Source: an uncultured Planctomycetota bacterium
GTDB taxonomy: Bacteria > Planctomycetota > Brocadiia > CAIUPP01
DNA length: 64,000 nt
NCBI GenBank assembly: GCA_903901045.1
Contig: CAIUPP010000060.1
Coordinates: 6,661-70,660, forward strand
Direction: 5' to 3'
Below, piece after piece: positions 9,920 to 20,429 of the stretch. The first letter of the stretch is position 1, and every line of letters begins with the position of its first letter. Under the pieces are notes generated by a model. That model was not told where the DNA came from and did not search any database. It saw nothing but the letters and a program-made list of their open reading frames with translations. A program made the position numbers and the translations under genes.

Positions 9920-12900
9920 ATGAAGACGCGAATATTGACGGGCTTGAGGACTCTTGGTGCTGTGATCGCGCTGTTGGCGCTTGCCACAGTAGCGCAGGCC
10001 GCCAACGGAACGTGGAATGTTGACGCCAACGGAAACTGGGGCACGACAGGCAACTGGGCCAGCAGCGTCATTGCTAATGGGTCCGGGTACACGGCAAACT
10101 TCACGAACAATATCACCGCCGACCGAACGGTCAATCTCGACAGCAACCGGACGATAGGCAGCATGATATTCAGTGACAATGGGACGAACGGCAGCGCCTG
10201 GATCCTGAGTTCGTCGGGTAATTCCACGCTCACGATGAGCGGGGGGAGTCCGACCATCGCGGTACGGACGCCGGCCACGATCTCCCTGAAACTTGCGAAC
10301 TCATCTGGCAGCAATATCGTGCTGACTGACGGCGGTTATGGCCAGGAGTTGACTCTGTCCGGCAGCAACGCCTTTGCCGGCAGCGTGACTCTTCAATCGG
10401 GCGTGGTGAACATCACGGGCGATAACCACGGCTCAGCGGGGAGCTTCTATGCCGTTCCTAACGGCGCCGGCGTGCAGTCGACGTTGAAGCTGCAAAGGTC
10501 AGATGCATATTGCCTGCCGACCGGCGTGTTCAAGTTGGACGGACGCACTTCCGGCAGCCTTCTGCGGCTGTACGACAACGACAACGCGACCGTGAAGACG
10601 TATCCAAACAATCTGCAGTTGGGCGGCGATATCTACTGCTATTTCAGGAACCTCAAGTTCAACGGTACAGTGTCATTGCTGGGGAACACCACCCTGCGCG
10701 GATGTACGGACGCCGGGTCCTGCCTGACGCTGCCGGGCGTCATCAGCGGCAGTGGATACAAACTGGACGTTCAGTCGCCCGGCTCCTCCGGCACGGTGGA
10801 CCTGCATCTCTCCGGAAACAATACTTTTAGCGGCGGCACATCGCTCATGCGCTCCAGCCTGTATCTCGGGTCCAATACGGCGCTGGGCACGGGAACTCTC
10901 ACCATAAACCAGCATCCCGTCTATCCATTCAGCCCCTGCCTTTACTCGGAAAACGGCGCGCGTTCGCTCTCCAACGCCATGACCCTCAATTGCAGCGTGA
11001 AAGTGGACGGCTCGTCCAACCTGACCTTCACCGGTCAGGGTACGATGACCGACAATGTCACCGTGACCGTAGCCGGCGGCAGCTATCTGTGCCTGGCCGG
11101 CGGGATGAACGATCCGAACGGTAAGACGCTGACAAAGGAGGATGCCGGCGAACTGGGCGCCAAAGGAACATTCAATTGCGATATTTCCGTCAATCACGGG
11201 TCGCTCCAGAGCGCCGGGACGCTCAGCGTTGCCGGGAGCGACATTGGCACGTTGACGGTCAACGGAAATGTCAACTTCGCTGATGACAATGATGGTCAAG
11301 GGACCTTCTCGGTTGATCTCAACGGGACCAGTGCAGGGACCACCTACGACCAGATGGTCGTCAATGGCACCGTCACCCTTGGCAACGGGTCGTACTATCC
11401 CCACTTGAACGCTGTCCTGAAGACCACGTCGCTGGGCCTTAACGATACTCTCACCATTATTCAAAATGACGGCACCGATCCGATCGTGGGCCGTTTTGAT
11501 GCCGAAGAAGGCTCGTTGGTGCAACTCAACGTCCAGTGCGGCGGGGGAGTGCAATATGCGACGGCGAAGATCAGCTACGTCGGGGGCACAGGCAACGACG
11601 TAACGCTCACCCATTTCAGAACGTCCACCACCCAAAGCTATTTGCCGCGCCGGTGGGAGTACCAATTGGACCTGAAGAATTGGCTCGCCACGCTGGTGAC
11701 GTCGGACTTCAACGTGATGCTCTCCAATATGACCTACAACGACAACTACTTCGCCAATAACGATATGGTGCATGCCGAATGGCTGCTCTTTGACAGTTAC
11801 GGGGAACAGGTGCCTAACCACCGTCTGCTGCGCACACCCTCTTCGGCATTTGCTCTCAGCAGCATTGACCCCCTCGACGGCACAATCTATATGCCGAACT
11901 GGGATAACATCGAGCGGCCCGCCGCGACCGACCCTCGCGCCAATATATGGTGGGCCGGTTGGAACTACAGCGGCAATCCACACAAGGCCTCCGCCAACGC
12001 GACGGCGATCAAGAAACGCGCGCTGGTACAGGTGGCGGTGGACATGATGGAACAGGATGAAGATCACTTCAATAATGTTTACAACAGGCGTTCGGACTAC
12101 CTGGGTGATCAGTTGTGCGGTTGGGCGTACACCTACAAGAAAGGCAAGGACGTTCTTGATGCCGGCACAAAGGCAGCGTTTGAGGCCGGGCTGAAGAGAA
12201 TGTTCACGAAGATTGAAACCTGGGGAATCGAAGGCTTTTATGCCGACATGGACGCCCGCGCGTTGCTCGGGATGTGGTACACCGCCGAGGCGCTCAATGA
12301 CAATGATTTACGGACCCGGTACGCCAGTTTCCGTGACAATGAGTTCATTGCCGGTGAATGGAACTCCGCCGGTTACCTGACGCATGGTGAGGCATTTGAC
12401 GCGGGCTACCAGGGCATTAGTTTCTACTACCTCACATGGCTCGCGCTGGAGTCCAACGACACGACGATTAAGAACCTCGTCGCAGCCAGCAGCAAGTTGA
12501 AGGCCTATCTGACCTTGCCGGAAAACGACGGCGCCTGGTTCTTCGGTCCGAGTCATTTTAACACGGCGACGGACGCCTGCTCGGCGAACGATGAGTGGTA
12601 CACCTATCGTCGCGACGTCGGCACCGGGATGATTACCGACGAGGCGAAGTACCTGGTCTGGACGGGACGGGCGCGAGTGGCGGCGTACTTACATGGCGAT
12701 CTGCTCTCTGTCGCAGACATGAAGACGGAAATCAACACGAATACAGGGAAACTGAACAGTTACACCGGCGGTACAAATGACTACGCTTTCACACAGGCCT
12801 ACAACGGCACGCATACGCCTTGGCACTCTGTGTACTGGGGCACTTGTTGGATGCCCTTCGCGGGAGATGACTTCTACCCCACGGGCTACTACGATTCCCT

Positions 12901-15373
12901 CGTGGCCCTGAAGAACTCCGATTCGCCCCTCACGAAGGTGCCAGCCGCGCGAAGTGCCGACTACGTGGAGAACTTCAACAACGTGTTCCTCTGCGCCAAG
13001 CTTGGACCTTACAGCGTGATTGTTCATACCGGGAATCTGTCGAATTGGAACGACCTCGGTCTCTCCGGTTTCAGCGGTGGAAGCCTGAGCGCTTTCTGGA
13101 CGCAGGCGGCCGGTCCAGCGATTCTCGGCAGGGCGGCCGGGTACCAGAATCCGAATAACGACACTTGGAGCGACTGGAACAAGTGGCCCGTCCATGCCCT
13201 GAGCGGCGTGGCCTCCGGGAACAAGCCATTCTCCTCGTCGCGGCAGAAGAACCCGACTTCAAGCTATACGACCAGTTCTTCCAGCGCGACCGTACAGGTC
13301 GGTGGCGCCTTGGCGGATACTTATGCATCTCCCAACAACGCCCTTGTCGGGAATGTCACCTACAGCCGCACATTTGGATTCACGTCGTCCGGTCTGACCG
13401 TGACCTCCTCCATCACGAGAGACCCCAATCAGACCAATACGGTGACCGAACTGTGGGAGATGATCCCCGTATTTCTGGGAAACACCACAGGAGGCCCGAC
13501 GGTCTCGATTTCGTTCTGGACCGGGTCGCAATGGGTTGCGGCTGGGACATCGGAGACGGCGGGAGTCACCTGCGTGAAGGTCCAACGCGGGAGCGGGGCC
13601 ATCTATATCCACTTCGCCTCCGCACAATCCATCAAGCTATCTCCGAGCGTGTGGTCAGCGGACTTCGTGTTGGCGGTCAGCGAGCGGAATCTCATGATCA
13701 ACCTCCTCCCGGGCGGCACTGGTCCGTTGCCGTCCGTAAGTGTGCAGTACTCGATAGACAACATTTCTCCGGACGGAGGCGATGGAACATGGGGTGTGGA
13801 CGCCGGCGGAAACTGGAGTACGGCAAGCAACTGGGTCAGCAACGTCATTGCCGATGGGGCCGGCCACACCGCGAACTTCACATGGAACATCACGGCTGAC
13901 CGGACGGTAAACCTCGACACCAACCGGACGATTGGCAGCATGAACTTCACCGACAATGGGGGCAACGGCAGCGCCTGGACTCTCGGATCGTCGGGCAATT
14001 ACACGCTCACGATGAGCGGGGGGACTCCGACAATCAGCGTGCGGACGCCGGCCACGATCTCCCTGAAGCTTGCCAACGCATTTGGCGACAATATCGTGAC
14101 GACCGACGGTGGCTACGGTCAGGAACTGACCCTGTCGGGCAACAACGCATTTGCCGGCAGCGTGACACTCAAGTCCGGTGTGCTGAATCTAACGGGTGAT
14201 AACAGCAGCTCGATGGGAAGTATTCTCGCAGTCCCCTACGCCTCTGGCGTGCAGGCGGCTCTAAAGTTAAAGAGTGCGAATTGCCTGCCTACCGGTATAT
14301 TCACGGTGGACGGACGCATCTCCGGCAGCCTCGCGCGGCTGTACGATGACGACAATGCCACAAAGAAGACGTATGCCAACGAGCTGCATTTGGGCGGCCC
14401 GATCAGCTGCTACTTCAGGAACCTCCAGTTTAACGGCAAGGTGTCATTGATGGGGGATACGACGCTGAGCGGCTACACCGATGTCGGGTCTTGCTTGACT
14501 CTGCCGGGCAATATCAGCGGCAGCGCATACAAGCTTGACGTTCAGTCGCCGAATTCCTCCGGCACGTTGGACCTGCATCTTTCCGGAGACAACGCCTTCA
14601 GTGGTGGCACATCGCTTATGCGCTCCAGCCTGTATTTCGGGTCCGATACGGCGTTGGGGACGGGAACTCTTACCATAAACCAGCACCCGTACTACCCTTG
14701 GAGCCCGCACCTATATTCGGAAAACGGCACGCGTTCGCTCTCCAACGCCATTACCTTCAATTGCGGCATACAAGTAGGTAGCTCATCCGACCTGACCTTC
14801 ACGGGCCAGGGCACGCTCAACGACAATGCGACCATGACGGTAGATGGCGGGAGCTACCTGTGTCTGGCCGGCGGGATGAACGACCCCAATACCAAGACGC
14901 TGACCAAGGCCGGCTCCGGCGAACTGGGCGCCGCGGGAACGTACAATCCAGACATAGTCATTGGCGCCGGGACACTGAGCGTAGCCGGGAAGAACATTGG
15001 TGCGCTGACAGTCAACGGAAATATCAGTTTTACCGATAGCAATAGCACCTTTGCCGTCGATCTCAATGGAACCAACGCAGGGACCACCTACGACCAGATG
15101 GCCGTCAATGGCACCGTCACCCTCGGCAGTGGAGGATACTATCCTACACTGAAAGCAGTCCTCAAGACCGCGTCGCTCGGCTCAGGGGACACGCTTGCCA
15201 TCATCGTGAATGATGGGACGGATGCCGTGTCTGGGCACTTTAACGGCCTGACGGAAGGCTCAACCGTGACGCTGGTAGTTGATGTTGCGGGTGTAACATC
15301 GGCGACGGCGAGTATCAGCTACGTCGGCGGGACCGGGAACGACGTGACACTCTACAACTTCGATATTCACTGA
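9920..15373 (+). CDS. giant secreted surface protein (1817 aa). Two autotransporter-associated beta-strand-repeat modules flank a central aromatic-rich putative carbohydrate-active domain.
   Basis: Signal peptide 'MKTRILTGLRTLGAVIALLALATVAQA'. 'GSNAFAGSVTLQSGVVNITGDN'-type beta-helix repeats. AGGAGG RBS at 9907-9912. Confidence 0.85.
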   Translation: MKTRILTGLRTLGAVIALLALATVAQAANGTWNVDANGNWGTTGNWASSVIANGSGYTANFTNNITADRTVNLDSNRTIGSMIFSDNGTNGSAWILSSSGNSTLTMSGGSPTIAVRTPATISLKLANSSGSNIVLTDGGYGQELTLSGSNAFAGSVTLQSGVVNITGDNHGSAGSFYAVPNGAGVQSTLKLQRSDAYCLPTGVFKLDGRTSGSLLRLYDNDNATVKTYPNNLQLGGDIYCYFRNLKFNGTVSLLGNTTLRGCTDAGSCLTLPGVISGSGYKLDVQSPGSSGTVDLHLSGNNTFSGGTSLMRSSLYLGSNTALGTGTLTINQHPVYPFSPCLYSENGARSLSNAMTLNCSVKVDGSSNLTFTGQGTMTDNVTVTVAGGSYLCLAGGMNDPNGKTLTKEDAGELGAKGTFNCDISVNHGSLQSAGTLSVAGSDIGTLTVNGNVNFADDNDGQGTFSVDLNGTSAGTTYDQMVVNGTVTLGNGSYYPHLNAVLKTTSLGLNDTLTIIQNDGTDPIVGRFDAEEGSLVQLNVQCGGGVQYATAKISYVGGTGNDVTLTHFRTSTTQSYLPRRWEYQLDLKNWLATLVTSDFNVMLSNMTYNDNYFANNDMVHAEWLLFDSYGEQVPNHRLLRTPSSAFALSSIDPLDGTIYMPNWDNIERPAATDPRANIWWAGWNYSGNPHKASANATAIKKRALVQVAVDMMEQDEDHFNNVYNRRSDYLGDQLCGWAYTYKKGKDVLDAGTKAAFEAGLKRMFTKIETWGIEGFYADMDARALLGMWYTAEALNDNDLRTRYASFRDNEFIAGEWNSAGYLTHGEAFDAGYQGISFYYLTWLALESNDTTIKNLVAASSKLKAYLTLPENDGAWFFGPSHFNTATDACSANDEWYTYRRDVGTGMITDEAKYLVWTGRARVAAYLHGDLLSVADMKTEINTNTGKLNSYTGGTNDYAFTQAYNGTHTPWHSVYWGTCWMPFAGDDFYPTGYYDSLVALKNSDSPLTKVPAARSADYVENFNNVFLCAKLGPYSVIVHTGNLSNWNDLGLSGFSGGSLSAFWTQAAGPAILGRAAGYQNPNNDTWSDWNKWPVHALSGVASGNKPFSSSRQKNPTSSYTTSSSSATVQVGGALADTYASPNNALVGNVTYSRTFGFTSSGLTVTSSITRDPNQTNTVTELWEMIPVFLGNTTGGPTVSISFWTGSQWVAAGTSETAGVTCVKVQRGSGAIYIHFASAQSIKLSPSVWSADFVLAVSERNLMINLLPGGTGPLPSVSVQYSIDNISPDGGDGTWGVDAGGNWSTASNWVSNVIADGAGHTANFTWNITADRTVNLDTNRTIGSMNFTDNGGNGSAWTLGSSGNYTLTMSGGTPTISVRTPATISLKLANAFGDNIVTTDGGYGQELTLSGNNAFAGSVTLKSGVLNLTGDNSSSMGSILAVPYASGVQAALKLKSANCLPTGIFTVDGRISGSLARLYDDDNATKKTYANELHLGGPISCYFRNLQFNGKVSLMGDTTLSGYTDVGSCLTLPGNISGSAYKLDVQSPNSSGTLDLHLSGDNAFSGGTSLMRSSLYFGSDTALGTGTLTINQHPYYPWSPHLYSENGTRSLSNAITFNCGIQVGSSSDLTFTGQGTLNDNATMTVDGGSYLCLAGGMNDPNTKTLTKAGSGELGAAGTYNPDIVIGAGTLSVAGKNIGALTVNGNISFTDSNSTFAVDLNGTNAGTTYDQMAVNGTVTLGSGGYYPTLKAVLKTASLGSGDTLAIIVNDGTDAVSGHFNGLTEGSTVTLVVDVAGVTSATASISYVGGTGNDVTLYNFDIH
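10008..11618 (+). repeat. intragenic direct repeat, copy 1 (~1.6 kb, N-terminal beta-helix module)
   Basis: About 80 % nucleotide identity to 13785-15355. The protein modules 'NGTWNVDANGNW...ISYVGGTGNDVTLTHF' and 'DGTWGVDAGGNW...ISYVGGTGNDVTLYNF' are collinear. Confidence 0.8.
13785..15355 (+). repeat. intragenic direct repeat, copy 2
   Basis: See copy 1. Confidence 0.8.
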
Positions 15374-15439
15374 CAGGAATATTTCAGGAATTGGATGCTC
15401 AACGTGGATCAAGTCATGGTTGACGGTGCGCAGTGAATT

Positions 15440-16597
15440 ATGAAGCATTCGATATTGCGAAAAGCGACATCACACGTGACCAGCAGAGACCGTCTGCTGG
15501 TCACGTGGTCGTTCCGTGAGCCTGACCGCGTGCCCGTCGAGTTGGAGAACACCGAAGAAGTGCGCCGGCATCCGGCGACTCGGCGATTATGTGAATTCGC
15601 AGATCGGGAGGCGGATAACTTCATCTTTGTCGCTGCGGCGGATTGGGGATTCTTCGGGCTTCAGGCGGTGTCGGCGGAAGAAGTCATCGAGGAGGCGCGG
15701 GGACGGTTTGTCCGCAAGCGGCTGACGTACCGGACCTCAGTCGGAGACTTCTGCCGCATTACGCGGCATCCGTGTGATGTGGCTGACCCGGCGGATTTCT
15801 ATTGGGAACAGCGGTTCATTCGGACCCGTGAGGACATGGACCGGTTGGCTAGTGCGCCAAAAAGCGCCCTTCGTGTGCTTCATCGGGAGTATGCAGAGGC
15901 GGATGCCCGGGTTGGCAGTCGGGGAGTCCCAATTAGCGGGCTGGCGCACCCGTTGGGCAGTTTGGTTCGCATGGCCGATACGGAGTCGGTCTACGGTTGG
16001 CTGGCGACGGAGCCGGCGCTGATCCATAGGTTTCTTGATCGCTGCTATGGGCAGCAGGTAGCAGTCATTGAAGAAATGGGACGTGTCGGGATGCGGCCCT
16101 CATTTATCACGTGGGCACATGAAATGCTCATCCCTCCGTGGATGAGTCCGAGGATGTTTGACGAGTTTGTCTTCCCTTACGACAAGCGGCTCAACGATGC
16201 CATTCATCGGATTGGCGGACGCATGCGCATGCATTGCCACGGCTCCTGCATGAACTTTCTGGAGAAGTTTGCGGATATGGGTGTGGATTCCATCGAGCCG
16301 CTGGAACCGTCCCCATACGGCGATGTAGACTTGGCGGACGCCAAGCGGCGGGTGGGGGATCGAATGCTTCTTTCGGGTAACATCCCTTCCCAGAAGTTTC
16401 CATTCATGTCGCGAAAAGAAGTCCAGGAGTGCGTGAAGGAGGCTATCGCGGCGGCGGCAGGCCACGGTGGGTTCACCCTGCGTACCACAGGGGGCGGACT
16501 CGGAGCGGGAGACTTGGCGGAACCGGCGCTGGCAGGCAAAATGATTGAGAACTACGAGGCGTTCATCGATGCCGCGCTGGAATATGGCACCTATTGA
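15440..16597 (+). CDS. URO-D/MtaA-like family protein (possible Zn-dependent methyltransferase-like)
   Basis: N-terminal '...DRVPV' and 'MRMHCHGSCMNFLEKFADMGVDSIEPLEP' with a His-x-Cys motif, as in the MtaA/URO-D family. Confidence 0.7.
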   Translation: MKHSILRKATSHVTSRDRLLVTWSFREPDRVPVELENTEEVRRHPATRRLCEFADREADNFIFVAAADWGFFGLQAVSAEEVIEEARGRFVRKRLTYRTSVGDFCRITRHPCDVADPADFYWEQRFIRTREDMDRLASAPKSALRVLHREYAEADARVGSRGVPISGLAHPLGSLVRMADTESVYGWLATEPALIHRFLDRCYGQQVAVIEEMGRVGMRPSFITWAHEMLIPPWMSPRMFDEFVFPYDKRLNDAIHRIGGRMRMHCHGSCMNFLEKFADMGVDSIEPLEPSPYGDVDLADAKRRVGDRMLLSGNIPSQKFPFMSRKEVQECVKEAIAAAAGHGGFTLRTTGGGLGAGDLAEPALAGKMIENYEAFIDAALEYGTY

Positions 16598-16612
16598 TGG
16601 GAGTAGTGAAAA

Positions 16613-18019
16613 GTGAAGCGAGTGAAGATCGTCTTCATCGGAGCAGGGTCGGTCGTCTTTGGTCGCAATGTCCTTGCCGACATTCTTTGGCATCCGGCGT
16701 TGAAGGAAGCCGACCTTGTCCTGGTGGATATTGACGCTGAGCGTCTTAGCACTGCTGAGAGAATGACTCACATTGTGAACGAGCAGTTGGGCGCTGGGGC
16801 CCGCATCACCGCCACTAAGAATCGCCGCCTTGCCTTGGAAGGGGCGGATTTTGTAATCAATGCCATCGGGGTTGGCGGGCACGCGGCAGCGAAGATTGAC
16901 TTGGAACTTCCCGCGCGCTTTGGGGTTAGACAGATTGTCGGCGACACCCTTGGCGTCGGCGGCATCTTTCGCGCCGTCCGTTCCGTTCCCGAACTCCTGG
17001 CAATCTGTTCGGATATGGAGGAACTGTGCCCGCGCGCGTTGTTGCTGAATTGCAGCAATCCCATGGCTATGCACTGTCTGGCCGTTGAGCGCACTACAAA
17101 GGTCAGACATGTGGGGCTATGCCACGGCGTGCAGAACACCGCACAGACCATGCGTCTGATCATTGCAATGGCACAGGAACCTGCCGCCGCAGTCCGTCGG
17201 CACTTCCAACGTCCATGGAATTCCCCCGAAAGGGTCCGGGAGTGGCAGGCGTGGTTGAAGAAGAGCTTCGATCCTGGCTTGAGCTATACGTGCGCCGGGA
17301 TCAACCACATGGGTTTCTTCCTTCGATTCCGGTCGAAGGGCAGAGACCTCTACCCGCTCTTGTGGAAAGCCATGGACATCCCTCATATCTGGCGTTTTGA
17401 CCCCGTGCGCTTTGAGTTGTTCAAACGTTTCGGGTACTTCATGACTGAAACCAGTGGCCACATGGCCGAGTATGTCCCGTATTTCCTGAAGAATGAACGT
17501 GAGATCCGTCGCTGCTGCCTGCGTCCTGCGGTGTACCTTGAGACTTGTCGGCGACAGGACAAGGAATACTGCAACCTACGCCGCTTGATGAAGAGCGGAC
17601 AACCCATCGTGCCAATGCCGTACGAACCGAGCGTCGAATATGCCGCACGCATTATCAATGCCTCCGTCGAGAATGTGCCATATGTGTTCAACGGAAACGT
17701 GCATAATGAGGGCGGGCGCTGGCTCCCCAACTTGCCCGGCGACTGCTGCGTGGAAGTTCCCTGCGTGGTGGACAAGAAGGGGCCTCGGCCGCTTGCGCCC
17801 ATTGATCTGCCCCCGCAGTGTGCCGCGCTGATTCGCACCAATGTGAACGTGCAGGACCTTGCCGTTCGAGGCATTCTGGAAGGGGACCGGCGTTACATTC
17901 ACCAAGCGATAATGCTCGATCCGAACACCGCCAGTTCCCTTACCTTGCCAGAGATTGACCGGGTCGTGGAGGCGATGTTCAAGGCGCATGCAAAGCGGTT
18001 GCCGCGCAATCTGCGATAA
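16613..18019 (+). CDS. glycoside hydrolase family 4 (NAD+/Mn2+-dependent glycosidase)
   Basis: 'MKRVKIVFIGAGSVVFG' Rossmann N-terminus plus the 'HVGLCHGVQN' GH4 catalytic motif. GTG start with a GGAG RBS. Confidence 0.8.
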   Translation: MKRVKIVFIGAGSVVFGRNVLADILWHPALKEADLVLVDIDAERLSTAERMTHIVNEQLGAGARITATKNRRLALEGADFVINAIGVGGHAAAKIDLELPARFGVRQIVGDTLGVGGIFRAVRSVPELLAICSDMEELCPRALLLNCSNPMAMHCLAVERTTKVRHVGLCHGVQNTAQTMRLIIAMAQEPAAAVRRHFQRPWNSPERVREWQAWLKKSFDPGLSYTCAGINHMGFFLRFRSKGRDLYPLLWKAMDIPHIWRFDPVRFELFKRFGYFMTETSGHMAEYVPYFLKNEREIRRCCLRPAVYLETCRRQDKEYCNLRRLMKSGQPIVPMPYEPSVEYAARIINASVENVPYVFNGNVHNEGGRWLPNLPGDCCVEVPCVVDKKGPRPLAPIDLPPQCAALIRTNVNVQDLAVRGILEGDRRYIHQAIMLDPNTASSLTLPEIDRVVEAMFKAHAKRLPRNLR

Positions 18020-18048
18020 CAACCATGACAAGGAAGCGAGACGAAATC

Positions 18049-20418
18049 ATGAAGGCAGTCCTCACCCTGTGCGGCGTAGTGCTTCTCTGCGGCGCTTGCT
18101 CCATCTCGAAACCTGCTCTTGCCGCGGTGGCACCCGTCAACAGCGATCTGAACCCCGTCTCTTTCCATGAGGCGCCTCAGCACCCTCCCGTGGCGCTCAT
18201 CGGTCCCGGTGGGACGGTCAAAATCGTCTTGTTGCCTGGCGCATCTCACACTTTGCTCGCGGCCGTCAATGATTTGGCCGATTGTGTCCAGAAAGCCACT
18301 GGAGCGCGAGCGGAAATCTCGGCCGGTCCGGTCAAAGGTCCGGCCATCTTTGTAGGCGATAGCGCGGAGGCGATGGGGGCAGGCTTGGTTGGTTCGAAGA
18401 TGCCCATCGAGGGGTTTGCAATCAAGACCGCTACGGACCGTGTATACATCGTGGGCAATGACAGCCTGATCGACCCGGCGGCCGACCTGCGGTCTGAAGG
18501 AACGGCTTGGGGAATTTACGAGTTCTGTGAGCGATTTCTGGACGTGCGTTGGTACTGGCCGGACGCACTTGGCGTCAGTATTTCGAAACGCGCCGATCTG
18601 ACCATCGCACCAGTATGGCTGAGTGACGCACCGGTCTTCCGGAAGCGCGAAATGTGGCCCTCGGGCGGCAGACGCGTGGCGCCTGCCGATGTGGAGTCTC
18701 TGCACCGCCGGCTGCGCTCGGTGGACACTTGGCCAATTCACCTGCGTGTCCATGCGCCACACGATTGGTCCACTCTGTATAAAGACACCCGGCCTGGAAT
18801 TTTCCAGAAGCGCTCGGACGGCAAGCGAGACTTCGACATGCTTTGCTACGGCAATCCGCAGACGCTGCAAACCTATCTGGAACAGATTGAACGGCAGTCC
18901 AAACCCGGAGTGCAGGTGGATGAGAACGAGCGCATTGTGGACGGGCATGCGGTCACGGTATCGCCGAACGACATGTCCGTTGCATGCACATGCGAATATT
19001 GCCGCGCTCTTTGGGACAAGGACGGAGGGCAATACGGTACGGCGTCGCGGGGTATGGCCACGTTCGTTGCGAAGCTGGCCGGCGAGGTCAAGAAGCGCTG
19101 GCCGGACATGACCATTATTTACCTGCCCTATAAGAACTACACAAAAGCCCCTGCGGGCATCACCTTTCCTGACAATGTTGAAGTGCAAATATGCGGCATG
19201 CCCGGTCTGGCACAGTATAAGGAACCCGCCATCAATGCCTCCGAGCAAGCGAACATTGACGCATGGAAGAACCTGAGCAGGAGGAAGATCCAGAACTGGC
19301 ACTATTCCTGCTGGCCGGAGGATCAAACGGACGCGGTATACCTGTTCCCGCACACGATACAGGCGCACTACCTCGCCAATCGAGACAAGACGACCGGCTC
19401 GTTCGTCAACGGCGTTGCGAATCACTGGCCCCGGCAGCATATCAGTTTGTATGTCTGGCTCAAGGTCTTGTGGAACCCCGATTTCAACGTGGACTTTGCG
19501 ATTGATGAATACTGCCGGCGGATGTATGGCCCGGCCGCGGGGACTATGCGCGAACTGGCCCGCATGCAGATTGACGGATGGGAAAACAGCCGCTGGCCCG
19601 GCGGCGTATTCTCGGCCAGGGGGGTCTATGAAAGCAGCTATCCGCGCGAGCAGGTTGTTCGGATGGAAGAGCTGCTCAAGAAGGCCCGAGTTGAAGCGGC
19701 GGGGGACTCGCTGGCGACTGAGCGGATAGAGTACTACGCGACTCCGTTTCCAGCCTTTTTCAAAGAGTCGAAAGACTACGCAGAAGGTACGGGTCGAAGA
19801 ACCCTTAGCGCGTACCAAGTGGCCGAAGACCCGGTGTTGGACGGACGTTTGGACAAGCCTTGCTGGCAGGGCATAGAGCCTTTGCTTTTCGTGAAGGCGC
19901 TGGACCAGCAGGATCCGCAACCCAAGTATCCGACGGAGTTGAAAGCCGTCTGGTCGCGGCAGGGGATCACATTCGGGTTCCGTATGTCGGAGCCGACGCC
20001 TGAGAAGCTCGCGCGCGACATCGGAGCGGACAGCCGCGACGCGTCACTGATCTGGTGGAACGACAATGTGGAACTGTTCCTCGACGTGGTCGGGGAACGC
20101 ACGGACTACTATCAGTTCATCGTTAACCCCAACGGCGCCATCTATGACAGCCACGGGAAGGAGATTAGCTGGACGGCGGAAGGGGCGAAGTCAGCCATCT
20201 ATCTTGGCAAGGACTTCTGGTCAATGGAAGTGTTCATCCCCTACAAGGCGTTTAACCGGGTGACACTCCCGGCGACGGGCATCCAGTGGTTCGGCAATTT
20301 TACGCGTCACCGCGTAACAGACCGAAGTGATCGCGAGATGCAACGGCTCAACACCACTTTCGCTGGACCGAGTAATAACCCCAACGCCTTCGGTCCCATC
20401 CGGTTTGTCGAGCGCTAA
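18049..20418 (+). CDS. DUF4838-like secreted lipoprotein with a C-terminal CBM9/DOMON-like carbohydrate-binding domain
   Basis: Signal/lipobox 'MKAVLTLCGVVLLCGAC'. The C-terminal 'DGRLDKPCWQGIEPLLF...WWNDNVELFLD' is CBM9-like. Second ATG chosen as start because it has an AGGAAG RBS. Confidence 0.7.
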   Translation: MKAVLTLCGVVLLCGACSISKPALAAVAPVNSDLNPVSFHEAPQHPPVALIGPGGTVKIVLLPGASHTLLAAVNDLADCVQKATGARAEISAGPVKGPAIFVGDSAEAMGAGLVGSKMPIEGFAIKTATDRVYIVGNDSLIDPAADLRSEGTAWGIYEFCERFLDVRWYWPDALGVSISKRADLTIAPVWLSDAPVFRKREMWPSGGRRVAPADVESLHRRLRSVDTWPIHLRVHAPHDWSTLYKDTRPGIFQKRSDGKRDFDMLCYGNPQTLQTYLEQIERQSKPGVQVDENERIVDGHAVTVSPNDMSVACTCEYCRALWDKDGGQYGTASRGMATFVAKLAGEVKKRWPDMTIIYLPYKNYTKAPAGITFPDNVEVQICGMPGLAQYKEPAINASEQANIDAWKNLSRRKIQNWHYSCWPEDQTDAVYLFPHTIQAHYLANRDKTTGSFVNGVANHWPRQHISLYVWLKVLWNPDFNVDFAIDEYCRRMYGPAAGTMRELARMQIDGWENSRWPGGVFSARGVYESSYPREQVVRMEELLKKARVEAAGDSLATERIEYYATPFPAFFKESKDYAEGTGRRTLSAYQVAEDPVLDGRLDKPCWQGIEPLLFVKALDQQDPQPKYPTELKAVWSRQGITFGFRMSEPTPEKLARDIGADSRDASLIWWNDNVELFLDVVGERTDYYQFIVNPNGAIYDSHGKEISWTAEGAKSAIYLGKDFWSMEVFIPYKAFNRVTLPATGIQWFGNFTRHRVTDRSDREMQRLNTTFAGPSNNPNAFGPIRFVER

Positions 20419-20429
20419 GGAATAACCAC

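Noticed and set aside
10673-12067. 464-aa minus-strand ORF inside the giant surface-protein gene
   Set aside because: Shadow ORF. Its composition is non-protein-like, and it overlaps the coding repeat structure of the plus-strand gene.
9920-15373. Considered whether the 1.6-kb duplicated segments mark an inserted mobile element
   Set aside because: Both copies lie in-frame inside one coding sequence and encode paralogous protein modules. No transposase, inverted repeats or target-site duplications were found.
17899-19920. 673-aa minus-strand ORF
   Set aside because: Antisense to the GH4 and DUF4838/CBM9 genes, which have clear family motifs. The composition is Arg-rich.
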